Shown piece by piece: positions 53,918 to 62,590 of a stretch of DNA of 64,000 nt; positions within the stretch are counted from its first letter, which is position 1, and each line of letters begins with the position of its first letter. Location: positions 5,245,735 through 5,309,734 of the forward strand of contig OZ257156.1 of assembly GCA_965279375.1 (NCBI GenBank). Direction: 5' to 3'. Position numbers and translations under genes: made by a program. The DNA is from Gemmatimonas sp. (GTDB taxonomy: Bacteria; Gemmatimonadota; Gemmatimonadetes; Gemmatimonadales; Gemmatimonadaceae). A model generated the notes under the pieces. That model was given only the letters and a program-made list of their open reading frames with translations. It was not told the origin of the DNA and made no database searches.

Positions 53918-56773
53918 TTAGTCGTTGGCGTCGGGGGCGAGGATGACGCCGCGTGCGTCGCGCAGCAGAACCAGATCCTCCGAGGTCGTTGTCCAGCGGG
54001 ACGGCGCTTCTTCGCGAACGGGCGCAGCCTTGGCGGGTTCGATGTCGTCCGCGGGACCTTCTTCCAGCACCGCGGCCCGCGGCACCGAGCGCGCAGCGCG
54101 TGGTGCAGGGATCACCGTCGCATCTGCATCGGGCCGGAAGTTCACGATCTGCTTCCAGCCGCGCGCGAGTGCGTCGGCGAATACGAGCACCAGGTCCGTC
54201 GCACGGGCCATCCGCAGCACCGTGTCGATCGCCTGCTGCTCGTCCACGATCACGGTGATGTGATCGTCAGGGATACCACCCGCTCGCAGCGCCGACGCCA
54301 ACATCTCTGGAATCTCGCGTTCGCCACGTCCACGCAGCGCGTCATCGCGGCGGCAGATGTAGTGATCGAACTGCGCCGCCGCCGCCACGTTGGCGATCGC
54401 GATGATGTCTTCGTCGCGACGGTCGCCCGGCGCAGACAGCACGCACAGCCGGCGTCCCTTGGGCGACATGCGATTGACCAGCTGACAGAGCGCGCTCACC
54501 GCATGCGCGTTGTGCCCGTAGTCGAACAGCACCTTGAACGGATGCTGATCGTAGACGTTGAGCCGCCCCGGCGCCTGGAAGAACGTCGTGTCGAATGTGC
54601 GCAAGCCATGACGAATGTCTTCCAGCCGCACGCCCATGCTGAACGCCATCGCTGCCGCGAACATCGCGTTCTGTACGTTGAAAGTCGCGCGCCCCTCGAG
54701 CGTGGCCGGAATGAGATGCGTCCAGAGCAGCGGGATATGCGCGCCGCGATCGTAGATCGTGATCATCTGTCCGTTCACACCCGCTTCGATCGCACACGCG
54801 CGACCACCCGCGCGAATGTGCTCACGCACCAGATCGTGCGCCGGATCCATCGTCACGTAGCAGACGTGCTTTGCATCCGTGTACGCCGCCATGCGCAAGG
54901 TGAGCGGATCGTCCGCATTGAGCACGGCCGTGTCGGTCGCGATCTCCACCACCGTGCGCTTCACCTCGGCCAACTGCTCTAGCGTGTCGATCCCCTTCTG
55001 CCCCAAGTGATCCGGCTGGATGTTGAGCACCGCGCCCACGTCCACGTGCCGCATCGCCATGCCAGCACGCAGCAAGCCACCGCGCGCCGTCTCCAGCACC
55101 GCCACCTGCACCGCCGGATCGCTGAGCACGATACGCGCCGAGGTCGGTCCGGTCATGTCGCCTTCGACGGTACGCTGCCCATCGATGTACACGCCATCGG
55201 TGGTGGTCAGCCCAACGCGCTGGCCTGCCAGCTTGTGAATGTGAGCGAGCAGTCGCGCGGTCGTCGTCTTACCGTTCGTGCCCGTGATCGCCGCAATCGG
55301 AATGGTGCTCGGCGCGTTCTTCGGGAACAGCATGTCGATAACCTTCCCGGCCACATCACGCGGACGCCCCTCGCTGGGGGCCATATGCATGCGAAAGCCG
55401 GGCGCTGCGTTCACCTCACAGATCGCGCCACCGATGTCCTTGTACGATTGCGTGATGTCGGGCGTGAGGAAGTCCACGCCACCCACATCGAGTCCGATCG
55501 CCTGAATCGCGCGCACGGCCATCTCGGCATTGTCCGGGCTCACGACATCGGTCATGTCGGTGGCCGTGCCGCCCGTGGAGAGATTCGCGGTTAACCGCAG
55601 GTAAACATTCTCTCCCGCCGGCGGCACGCTCTGAGGTGTGTAGCCCAACTTGCCCAACAGCCCCATCGCCTGCTCGTCCAGCTCGATCTGCGTGAGCACC
55701 TTCTCGTGGCCAATGCCGCGACGCGGATCGGTGTTCACCACGGCGACCAGCTGCTCGATGGTGTGCACACCATCGCCCACCACCTTGCCCGGCTCGCGCT
55801 TGGACACGGCCACCAACTCGCCGTTGACCACCAGCATGCGATGATCGTGCCCCGTGATGTAGCTCTCCACGATCACGCTGCGCGAAATCTCCGCCGCGCG
55901 CGCAAAGCCTGCCGTTACTTCTTCTGAGTTGGTGAGCGAGATGGACACGCCGCGTCCATGGTTGCCGTTGTACGGCTTGGTCACCACGGGATAGCCGATG
56001 CGCTCTGCAGCAGCGACCGCACGCTCCGCACTCTGCACCAACCGCTGCTTGGGTACCGGCAGCCCCAAGCGCGACAAGATGTGATTGGTTTCTTCCTTGT
56101 CGCTCGCCAGATCCACGGCGATGTGTGGCGTGCGTCCGGTAATCGTTGCCTGAATGCGCTGCTGGTTGCAGCCGTAGCCCAACTGAATGAGGCTCTGCTC
56201 GTTGAGGCGCATCCACGGGATGTCGCGCGCTTCGGCGGCGTGCACGATGCTCGCGGTGCTGGGCCCCAGCGCGCGTCGCTGCGCGTACCGAATGAACGAA
56301 TCACGACGCGCCGCAAGATCGAAGCTGGCGTCGGCATCGGCCGGTCGCAGCTCGGCGGGCAGCAGATGATGCAGCAGGTCGAGTGCGACGTCAGCGGCCT
56401 CGAGCCCAACATCCTCCTGCTCGTATTCGAAGACCACGTCGTACACACCCGGCCGCGCGGTTTCACGCGTCTTGCCGAAGGTGACCTTCACGCCGGACAC
56501 GTTCTGCAACTCGATCGCCACATGCTCCAGCACATGACCGAGCCACGTGCCTTCGTCCTCCGTCATGCGACGCACGAACCCACCGGGCTCGCCATACGAG
56601 CAGCCGTGTTCCTGCAGGCCCGGCAGCGCTTCCAGCAGCGACGCGATGAATGCGTCACCGAGGCGACGCGTCGGCCATGCTTCCAGTTCGCCCAGGTCGA
56701 GTTCGAGCCGAATGACGGGGAAGTGCGCGTAGTGGCTAGGCCCAACGTAGACGGAGCGATCGAGGATCTTCAT
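53918..56773 (-). CDS. cphA: cyanophycin synthetase CphA1
   Basis: N domain (HGCS...GHVLEH), LGPST, ATP-grasp (KPYNGNHGRGV, GHDHR, NLSTGG, EVNAAPGFRMH), Mur domain (ITGTNGKTT, ETARGG). Confidence 0.97.
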   Translation of the reverse strand: MKILDRSVYVGPSHYAHFPVIRLELDLGELEAWPTRRLGDAFIASLLEALPGLQEHGCSYGEPGGFVRRMTEDEGTWLGHVLEHVAIELQNVSGVKVTFGKTRETARPGVYDVVFEYEQEDVGLEAADVALDLLHHLLPAELRPADADASFDLAARRDSFIRYAQRRALGPSTASIVHAAEARDIPWMRLNEQSLIQLGYGCNQQRIQATITGRTPHIAVDLASDKEETNHILSRLGLPVPKQRLVQSAERAVAAAERIGYPVVTKPYNGNHGRGVSISLTNSEEVTAGFARAAEISRSVIVESYITGHDHRMLVVNGELVAVSKREPGKVVGDGVHTIEQLVAVVNTDPRRGIGHEKVLTQIELDEQAMGLLGKLGYTPQSVPPAGENVYLRLTANLSTGGTATDMTDVVSPDNAEMAVRAIQAIGLDVGGVDFLTPDITQSYKDIGGAICEVNAAPGFRMHMAPSEGRPRDVAGKVIDMLFPKNAPSTIPIAAITGTNGKTTTARLLAHIHKLAGQRVGLTTTDGVYIDGQRTVEGDMTGPTSARIVLSDPAVQVAVLETARGGLLRAGMAMRHVDVGAVLNIQPDHLGQKGIDTLEQLAEVKRTVVEIATDTAVLNADDPLTLRMAAYTDAKHVCYVTMDPAHDLVREHIRAGGRACAIEAGVNGQMITIYDRGAHIPLLWTHLIPATLEGRATFNVQNAMFAAAMAFSMGVRLEDIRHGLRTFDTTFFQAPGRLNVYDQHPFKVLFDYGHNAHAVSALCQLVNRMSPKGRRLCVLSAPGDRRDEDIIAIANVAAAAQFDHYICRRDDALRGRGEREIPEMLASALRAGGIPDDHITVIVDEQQAIDTVLRMARATDLVLVFADALARGWKQIVNFRPDADATVIPAPRAARSVPRAAVLEEGPADDIEPAKAAPVREEAPSRWTTTSEDLVLLRDARGVILAPDAND

Positions 56774-56778
56774 GGGGC

Positions 56779-57609
56779 CTAGTCGTCGGAAGCGAAAACG
56801 GCGGCGCCGGTCGCCTGCCGTGTATGCAGGTTGAACGTCGAGCCTTGGGTGAGCACATGCACCGTCACGCCAGTCAGCGTTACTGCTTCACCTGGCTTGG
56901 CCTCTGCGATGGACGAAAACTCCACGCGCGACGGATCGACCACGGTCACCGCGCCGGTGCCCTGCACTTCGAGCGTTTCGTCAGGACCGATGAACGCCGC
57001 CGTGTCTTCATCCACGCCGAGTCCGACGGCGAACGGATTGTAGGCCAGTGCCGTAAGCAGGCGGCCGAGTCGATCTCGTTGACGGAAATGCTGATCGACG
57101 ATGACACGGTTGGTTAGACCGAGTCCGGCGCACATTGTGACCATACCAGCGCGCGGCGTGGAGCCGTCTTCGCCAAAGGCGATCATGTGCTCGCTCAGGA
57201 ATGCGGCGCCGGCGCTGGTGCCCGCGATGTGTACGCCGGCCGCGTTGCGAAGACGCAGCAGCTTGGCCACCGGGGTCCCGCCGAGCGTGGCCGTCAGCTT
57301 GAGCTGGTTGCCGCCGGTGAGGAATACGCCGGTGGCGCTGGCCAGCCAGTCCAGCCAGTCGCTGTCATCACAATCGCTGCGGCGTTCGAAGCGGAGGGAC
57401 TTGGCGAACCGCACGCCGAATTTGGCGAAGACCCGCTCGTAGTAGGTCCCCATGTCCGGTTCGCTGGACGCGGTGGGGATGACGGCAATGCGTGCATCCG
57501 CTCCGCCGCTGACGGCGACGAAGCGTTCCAGGATAGAGTCGTCCGCGAGCTTGCCGCCGATCGGGATGATCCAGCCGCGCGCGACGTCAGGAATGGGGCG
57601 TGAAGGCAT
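56779..57609 (-). CDS. cphB: cyanophycinase
   Basis: IPTAS, TGGNQL, GTSAGA (Ser nucleophile), DQHFRQRDRLGRL, GVDEDT; immediately upstream of cphA. Confidence 0.95.
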   Translation of the reverse strand: MPSRPIPDVARGWIIPIGGKLADDSILERFVAVSGGADARIAVIPTASSEPDMGTYYERVFAKFGVRFAKSLRFERRSDCDDSDWLDWLASATGVFLTGGNQLKLTATLGGTPVAKLLRLRNAAGVHIAGTSAGAAFLSEHMIAFGEDGSTPRAGMVTMCAGLGLTNRVIVDQHFRQRDRLGRLLTALAYNPFAVGLGVDEDTAAFIGPDETLEVQGTGAVTVVDPSRVEFSSIAEAKPGEAVTLTGVTVHVLTQGSTFNLHTRQATGAAVFASDD

Positions 57610-57686
57610 GGTGACGCAAGCTAACGCCCGCCGTCGCGCTCTGGTAACGTTCGCCGGTATGCTGCGACCGCCCTGCTGATACTGCC

Positions 57687-58871
57687 ATGCTGACCCTGCT
57701 CCGTAACGCCAACGTCTACGCCCCCGAGCCGCTCGGCCTCCGCGACCTGCTGATCGGCGGCGAACGCGTGCTCTGGATTGGCCCGGCGCTCGACGCCCTT
57801 CCCACGTCGCTCGGCGTCTCCGTCGTGGATCTGGGCGGGCAGCGTGTGATTCCCGGCCTGATCGATGGACATGTGCATCTCACGGGCGGCGGCGGCGAGT
57901 CCGGGCCTGCGTCACGTGTGCCCGCGCCGGAGCTCACGCGCTACACGCTTGGCGGTGTGACCACGGCGATCGGCGTGCTTGGCACCGACGACGTCACGCG
58001 CACGACAAGCGCGTTGGTGGTGGCTGCGCGTGCGCTCGTGGCAGAGGGGTTGAGCGCGTGGTGTCATACAGGCGGCTACCATGTGCCGCTGACCACGCTC
58101 ACCGGCACGGTGCGCGGCGATATCGCGCAGATCGATCGCATCATCGGCGTGGGCGAGGTCGCCATCAGCGATCATCGTTCGAGTCAGCCGACGCTCGACG
58201 AGCTGCTACGCATCGCGTCGGAAGCGCACGTGGCGGGGCTGATGTCCGGAAAGGCGGGCATCGTCCATCTGCATCTGGGCGACGGCGAGCGCGGACTCTC
58301 ACTCGTGCGTGAGGCGATCCGCACCAGCGAGATTCCGGCGCGCGTCTTCAATCCCACGCACGTCAATCGGCGCAAGGCGCTGTTCGAGGAGGCGCTGAGT
58401 TTGGCGCGCGAAGGCTGCTTCGTGGACATCACCGCGTTTCCCGTGGCTGATGGCGAAGACGCATGGGGCGCCGCCGACGCACTCGTGCGCTATCTCGACA
58501 GCGGTGCGCCGACGGCGCAGGTGACCGTCAGCTCCGATGGCGGCGGCTGTCTGCCCACCTTCGATGCGAATGGGCGCGTGGTGCAGATGGACGTCGGCGA
58601 TTCCCGCGCGTTGCTGGGCACCATCGCCGAGCTGCTGCAACGCGGATTGGCACTCGAGCGCGTACTGCCCGCCTTCACCAGCAATGTGTCGGACTTGCTG
58701 CGCCTGCCGAGTAAGGGCCGAATCGCGGTGGGCGGAGACGCGGATCTCGTCGTGCTGAACGCGGCCCACGAGGCGACCCATGTCATGGCGCGCGGCGCGT
58801 GGCATGTGCGTGACGGCACCGCCATCCGGCGCGGCACGTTCGAACCACCCCGGGATCCGCAAGTCGCTTGA
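57687..58871 (+). CDS. iadA: isoaspartyl dipeptidase (beta-aspartyl peptidase)
   Basis: PGLIDGHVHLTGGGGESG, LGTD, TGGY, GEVAISDHRSSQP, HLHLG, PTHVNR, SSDGGG. Confidence 0.95.
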   Translation: MLTLLRNANVYAPEPLGLRDLLIGGERVLWIGPALDALPTSLGVSVVDLGGQRVIPGLIDGHVHLTGGGGESGPASRVPAPELTRYTLGGVTTAIGVLGTDDVTRTTSALVVAARALVAEGLSAWCHTGGYHVPLTTLTGTVRGDIAQIDRIIGVGEVAISDHRSSQPTLDELLRIASEAHVAGLMSGKAGIVHLHLGDGERGLSLVREAIRTSEIPARVFNPTHVNRRKALFEEALSLAREGCFVDITAFPVADGEDAWGAADALVRYLDSGAPTAQVTVSSDGGGCLPTFDANGRVVQMDVGDSRALLGTIAELLQRGLALERVLPAFTSNVSDLLRLPSKGRIAVGGDADLVVLNAAHEATHVMARGAWHVRDGTAIRRGTFEPPRDPQVA

Positions 58872-58896
58872 CAGAAGCGCCCGGGAGGTCGATGTT
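58868..58896 (+). promoter_or_regulatory. sigma70-like promoter for the riboswitch-RNR transcript
   Basis: TTGACA (overlapping the iadA stop), 17-nt spacer, GATGTT. Confidence 0.45.
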
Positions 58897-58969
58897 CCGC
58901 ATTCGCGATTGCAGGCAAGTCGTGGTCGCGAGATGACACAGAACAAGACATAGGTGCTGGTCGTTGTGT

Positions 58970-59170
58970 GCCGCCTCTTGGGTGCACGACGCGAAGAGGG
59001 AACCCGGTGCGATTCCGGGGCGGCCCCGCCGCTGTGAGGGAGGACGACGAAGTCGAGAGCCACTGCAGCCAGTTCGGTGCGGGAAGGCGGCTTCGAAGGA
59101 TGATTCCCGAGCCAGAAGACCTGCCAGAGACCCGGAGTCCGCGCACACCCTCGAGGGAGGACGTGCCGGG
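58970..59170 (+). ncRNA. cobalamin (B12) riboswitch
   Basis: GAAGAGGGAA-CCCGGTGCGATTCCGG-GGCGGCCCCGCCGCTGTG ... GCCACTG ... GGGAAGGC ... B12 box GAGCCAGAAGACCTGCC; P13-like CCT-CGAGGG-AGG. Confidence 0.93.
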
Positions 59171-59207
59171 GATTGTCGTCGGCGCATGTGCGTCGGTGGC
59201 GCCGCTG

Positions 59208-59240
59208 GGCTCCTTGCGTACCTCGCAGGGGGCCTTTTTT
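59208..59240 (+). terminator. riboswitch expression-platform terminator
   Basis: GGCTCCTTGCG-TACCT-CGCAGGGGGCC then TTTTTT, about 110 nt before the RNR start. Confidence 0.8.
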
Positions 59241-59347
59241 GCCGCGACCAATCATCGGTCGCGGCGATGGCGCAGCGTCCTCGGGGGTGTGCGTTCCACG
59301 CGCAGTTGAGATGCACTTGAGTGGTCTCACCCCCAATGGAGCTGCAG

Positions 59348-61765
59348 ATGACGACCATCGCCCCCGAATTGATTTCGCTAACGCCGTACGAATTGCCGCC
59401 GCTCGCGTCGCGAGCCACCGCCGTCATCAAGCGCGACGGCCGCACGGCAGCGTGGGACCCGGAGCGCATCACGCGCGCGATCGCGCTGGCGTTCTTCGCC
59501 TCGCGCTACGACAACGCACCCAACCCCAACGCCGACAACGCCGCCGCGCGCTTCGGTCTCGGCTTCAGCGACTTCTCCGAAGTGCTCGCGATCACGCAGC
59601 TCGTGGTCAACACGGTCCATCGGAAGGTCGAGACGCGCACGCCGACGGTCGAAGAGATTCAGGACATCGTCGAGATGATGATCGCGGCGCGTGGCCACTG
59701 GGACATCGCCAAGCGGTTCGTGATCTACCGCGCCACGCGCGCGACGCAACGAATGATCGCGCACGACGAGAACGGCATGCAGGACTACATCTTCTTGTCG
59801 CGCTACTCACGCTACCGCGACGACCTGGGTCGCCGCGAAACACCCGCCGAAGCATTCACGCGCGTGATGGACATGCATCGCACGCACTTCGCCGATCGCC
59901 TCGATGCACCGGTGACCGGCCTTGGCAATCGCACGCTGCGTGCGCTGATCGACGAGACTGAAGCGGCGCTGCAATCGCGCGCCATTCTTCCGTCGATGCG
60001 TTCGCTGCAGTTTGGCGGTTCGGCGATCGAGGCGAACAACGCGCGCATGTTCAACTGCGCGTTCACGCACATGAATCGCCTCGATGCCTTCAAGGAGGCA
60101 TTCTTCCTGCTCCTCTCGGGAACTGGCGTAGGCTTCAGCGTGCAGCGGCATCACGTCGCGCAGCTCCCCGCGTTCCCGTTGCGCGCCGCAGAGAACGAAC
60201 TGCCGGTGATGCATCACACTGTGCCCGACCAGCTCGAAGGGTGGGCGGACGCGCTCGACGTGCTCATTCGCAGCTACCTCGAAGGCGTGAAGGTCGAGTT
60301 CAACTACAGCGAGATTCGTCCGCGTGGCGTTCCGCTGCGTACGTCGGGCGGTCGCGCGCCGGGACATCTGCCGCTCAAGAAGGCGCTCAGCGCCGTCGAG
60401 CGCGTGCTCGAACAGGTGCCGGGACGTGCGCTTCGCCCAATCGAAGTCTACGACATGATGATGCATGTCGCGGTCGCCGTGCTCTCGGGTGGCATTAGAC
60501 GCTCGGCGACGATCTGCCTCTTCTCCGCCGACGACGACGAGATGGCCGCGGCGAAGACCGGCAACTGGTTCGAGACCAATCCGCAGCGTGGCAAGTCGAA
60601 CAACTCCGCGGTGCTCATCCGCGATCGCGTGCAGGAGCGCGACTTCTCGCGGCTGTTCGAATACCAGAAGGAGTTCGGCGAGCCCGGGTTCTATTTCGTG
60701 GATGACGCCGAGTACGGTGCGAATCCGTGCGTGGAGATCGGCCTGGCGCCCGCGCTCACGGTGGACGAAACGACACAGCGCCAACTGGCAGCACACGGCA
60801 AGCGTGACGCGCAAATCGGCGAGCGGTTGTCCGGCTGGCAGATGTGCAATCTGACGACGATCAACGCGGCCTCGTGCGACAGCGCAGAGACGTTTTACGA
60901 CAGCTGCCGTGCGGCATCGTTGTTGGGCACGCTGCAGGCGGCGTACACCGACATTCGCTACTTGGGCCCCGTCACGCGCGTCATCAATGATCGCGAAGCG
61001 TTGTTGGGCGTGAGCATCTGCGGCATTCTCGAGCGTCCGAGTTTGTTGCTACAGGCAAACGTGCTGGAGCGCGGTGCACAGATCTGCCTCGACACGAACG
61101 CCGCAATCGCCGAGCATTTGGGTATCTCGCCGGCCGCGCGTATCACGTGCGTGAAGCCGGAGGGCACCGCGAGTCTCGTGCTTGGTGCCGCGTCCGGCAT
61201 TCATCCGCATCACGCGCGTCACTACTTCCGCCGTGTGCAAGCGGCGCGCACCGAGCCGCTGTATCAGTGGTTCAAGCAGCACAATCCGCACATGACCGAA
61301 GCCTCGGTGTGGGACCCCGAAACGACGGACGTGATCACGTTTCCCGTCGCGGCCAACGCCGATGCGATTCTGCGCGCTGACGTCGGTGCGGTGCAGTTTC
61401 TCGAGTATGTGCGTCTCGTTCAGGAACACTGGGTGTGCGCCGGCCGTCGTCACGAGCAGTACAACCCCGGGCTGCAGCACAACGTGTCCAACACCGTCAC
61501 CGTGCGCGACGACGAGTGGGACGCCGTACACGATTTCATCTGGAGCAATCGACAGTACTTCGCGGGCATTTCGCTGCTGCGCGAAACGGGCGACAAGATC
61601 TACCGGCAGGCGCCGCGTGAAGAAGTCACGACCGAGGCGGATATCGCGCGATGGAACACGTTGCGCTACACGCCGGTGGACTACACATCCCTGCTCGAGA
61701 GCGACGATCGTACCACGCTGGCTGATGTGATCGCGTGCGCAGGCGGGGCCTGCGAGATCGTTTAA
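59348..61765 (+). CDS. nrdJ: class II (adenosylcobalamin-type, monomeric RTPR-like) ribonucleotide reductase with N-terminal ATP cone
   Basis: ATP cone VIKRDG; LPSMRSL, NCAF, GVGF, GGIRRSA, GEPG, finger loop NPCVE, CNL, KPEGT, C-terminal CAGGAC; GGAG RBS. Confidence 0.88.
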   Translation: MTTIAPELISLTPYELPPLASRATAVIKRDGRTAAWDPERITRAIALAFFASRYDNAPNPNADNAAARFGLGFSDFSEVLAITQLVVNTVHRKVETRTPTVEEIQDIVEMMIAARGHWDIAKRFVIYRATRATQRMIAHDENGMQDYIFLSRYSRYRDDLGRRETPAEAFTRVMDMHRTHFADRLDAPVTGLGNRTLRALIDETEAALQSRAILPSMRSLQFGGSAIEANNARMFNCAFTHMNRLDAFKEAFFLLLSGTGVGFSVQRHHVAQLPAFPLRAAENELPVMHHTVPDQLEGWADALDVLIRSYLEGVKVEFNYSEIRPRGVPLRTSGGRAPGHLPLKKALSAVERVLEQVPGRALRPIEVYDMMMHVAVAVLSGGIRRSATICLFSADDDEMAAAKTGNWFETNPQRGKSNNSAVLIRDRVQERDFSRLFEYQKEFGEPGFYFVDDAEYGANPCVEIGLAPALTVDETTQRQLAAHGKRDAQIGERLSGWQMCNLTTINAASCDSAETFYDSCRAASLLGTLQAAYTDIRYLGPVTRVINDREALLGVSICGILERPSLLLQANVLERGAQICLDTNAAIAEHLGISPAARITCVKPEGTASLVLGAASGIHPHHARHYFRRVQAARTEPLYQWFKQHNPHMTEASVWDPETTDVITFPVAANADAILRADVGAVQFLEYVRLVQEHWVCAGRRHEQYNPGLQHNVSNTVTVRDDEWDAVHDFIWSNRQYFAGISLLRETGDKIYRQAPREEVTTEADIARWNTLRYTPVDYTSLLESDDRTTLADVIACAGGACEIV

Positions 61766-61784
61766 CTCCCGCTTTTGGCACCAA

Positions 61785-61827
61785 GCAAAACGCCCGTCGC
61801 TGCGCACTGCAGCGACGGGCGTTTTGC
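61785..61827. terminator. bidirectional intrinsic terminator
   Basis: perfect 19-bp IR GCAAAACGCCCGTCGCTGC-gcact-GCAGCGACGGGCGTTTTGC between convergent genes. Confidence 0.88.
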
Positions 61828-61844
61828 ATCGGGGCCGAGAAGAA

Positions 61845-62366
61845 CTAGTGCTTCATCCCCTTCATCGGCGTGCACCCTTCTTCCAGCACGTCGAACTTGT
61901 CGTGCAACGCCTTGAGCGCGTCCTTGATCGTGTTGTTGTCGGCGTTCTTGGCCACCAGATCCGCGACGCTCTGCGTCTGTGGGACGAGATTCGTCGCCGC
62001 TTCCTTGAGCTTGGGCGTGGCGCACGCCGTCGGTGGCGTGGACTTGGCCAGCACCTTCGCCGCGGCGACCATGTCCGTCGCCTTGGCCCGAATCGGCGCG
62101 ATGTCGCCATTCTCCTTGGCCGGATGCCACGTGGCCATCATGAGCATGTGATACGCATCGAGCTCCTTCCAGCCGCTGCTCGGCATCTCTTCCTTCTTGC
62201 CCGGCATGGAGTGGTTCATGCCGCCCATGTCGTGCTCCATCCCGCCCGTCTTGGCGGGCGCTTTGGCGGGTGGCGTGGACGACGACTGCGCGGCGAGCGG
62301 CGCAGCACACAGGAGCAGCGCCGAAGCGGCGAGCGCAGAACGCAGTGTGGACTTGAAAGCGTGCAT
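61845..62366 (-). CDS. secreted helical protein with Met/His-rich segment
   Basis: signal peptide ending LAA; MEHDMGGMNHSM; YHMLMMATWHP; LHDKF; two mature-region Cys. Confidence 0.72.
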   Translation of the reverse strand: MHAFKSTLRSALAASALLLCAAPLAAQSSSTPPAKAPAKTGGMEHDMGGMNHSMPGKKEEMPSSGWKELDAYHMLMMATWHPAKENGDIAPIRAKATDMVAAAKVLAKSTPPTACATPKLKEAATNLVPQTQSVADLVAKNADNNTIKDALKALHDKFDVLEEGCTPMKGMKH

Positions 62367-62590
62367 GTGTGGAAGGTCCTGTCAGACGGTGGATGGGGCG
62401 ATCGGCTGCTGGCGGGCGTACCCGCCGTATGCGCCAAAGTTCTCGCCCGAGGCCGCGCTGCACAACAGGGCCTCCAAACGCACGAGAGCGACGAGCCTTT
62501 CGGCCCATCGCTCTCGTCGTATCCGAACTGCCTGCCGGTCGATCGACTATCGGTACAATGTCGGCCGACCGGCCTGCGCAGACCTCGCCC

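Noticed and set aside
58913..58956. NrdR-box-like sequences (GAACAAGACATAGGTG and an upstream CAAGTCGTGG) ahead of the RNR leader
   Set aside because: Only a partial match to the NrdR consensus, and the 28-nt spacing is atypical; needs a PWM scan.
59348..61765. Intein in the RNR
   Set aside because: No splice-junction motifs (C/S start, HN-C/S/T end) or LAGLIDADG blocks; motif spacing is continuous.
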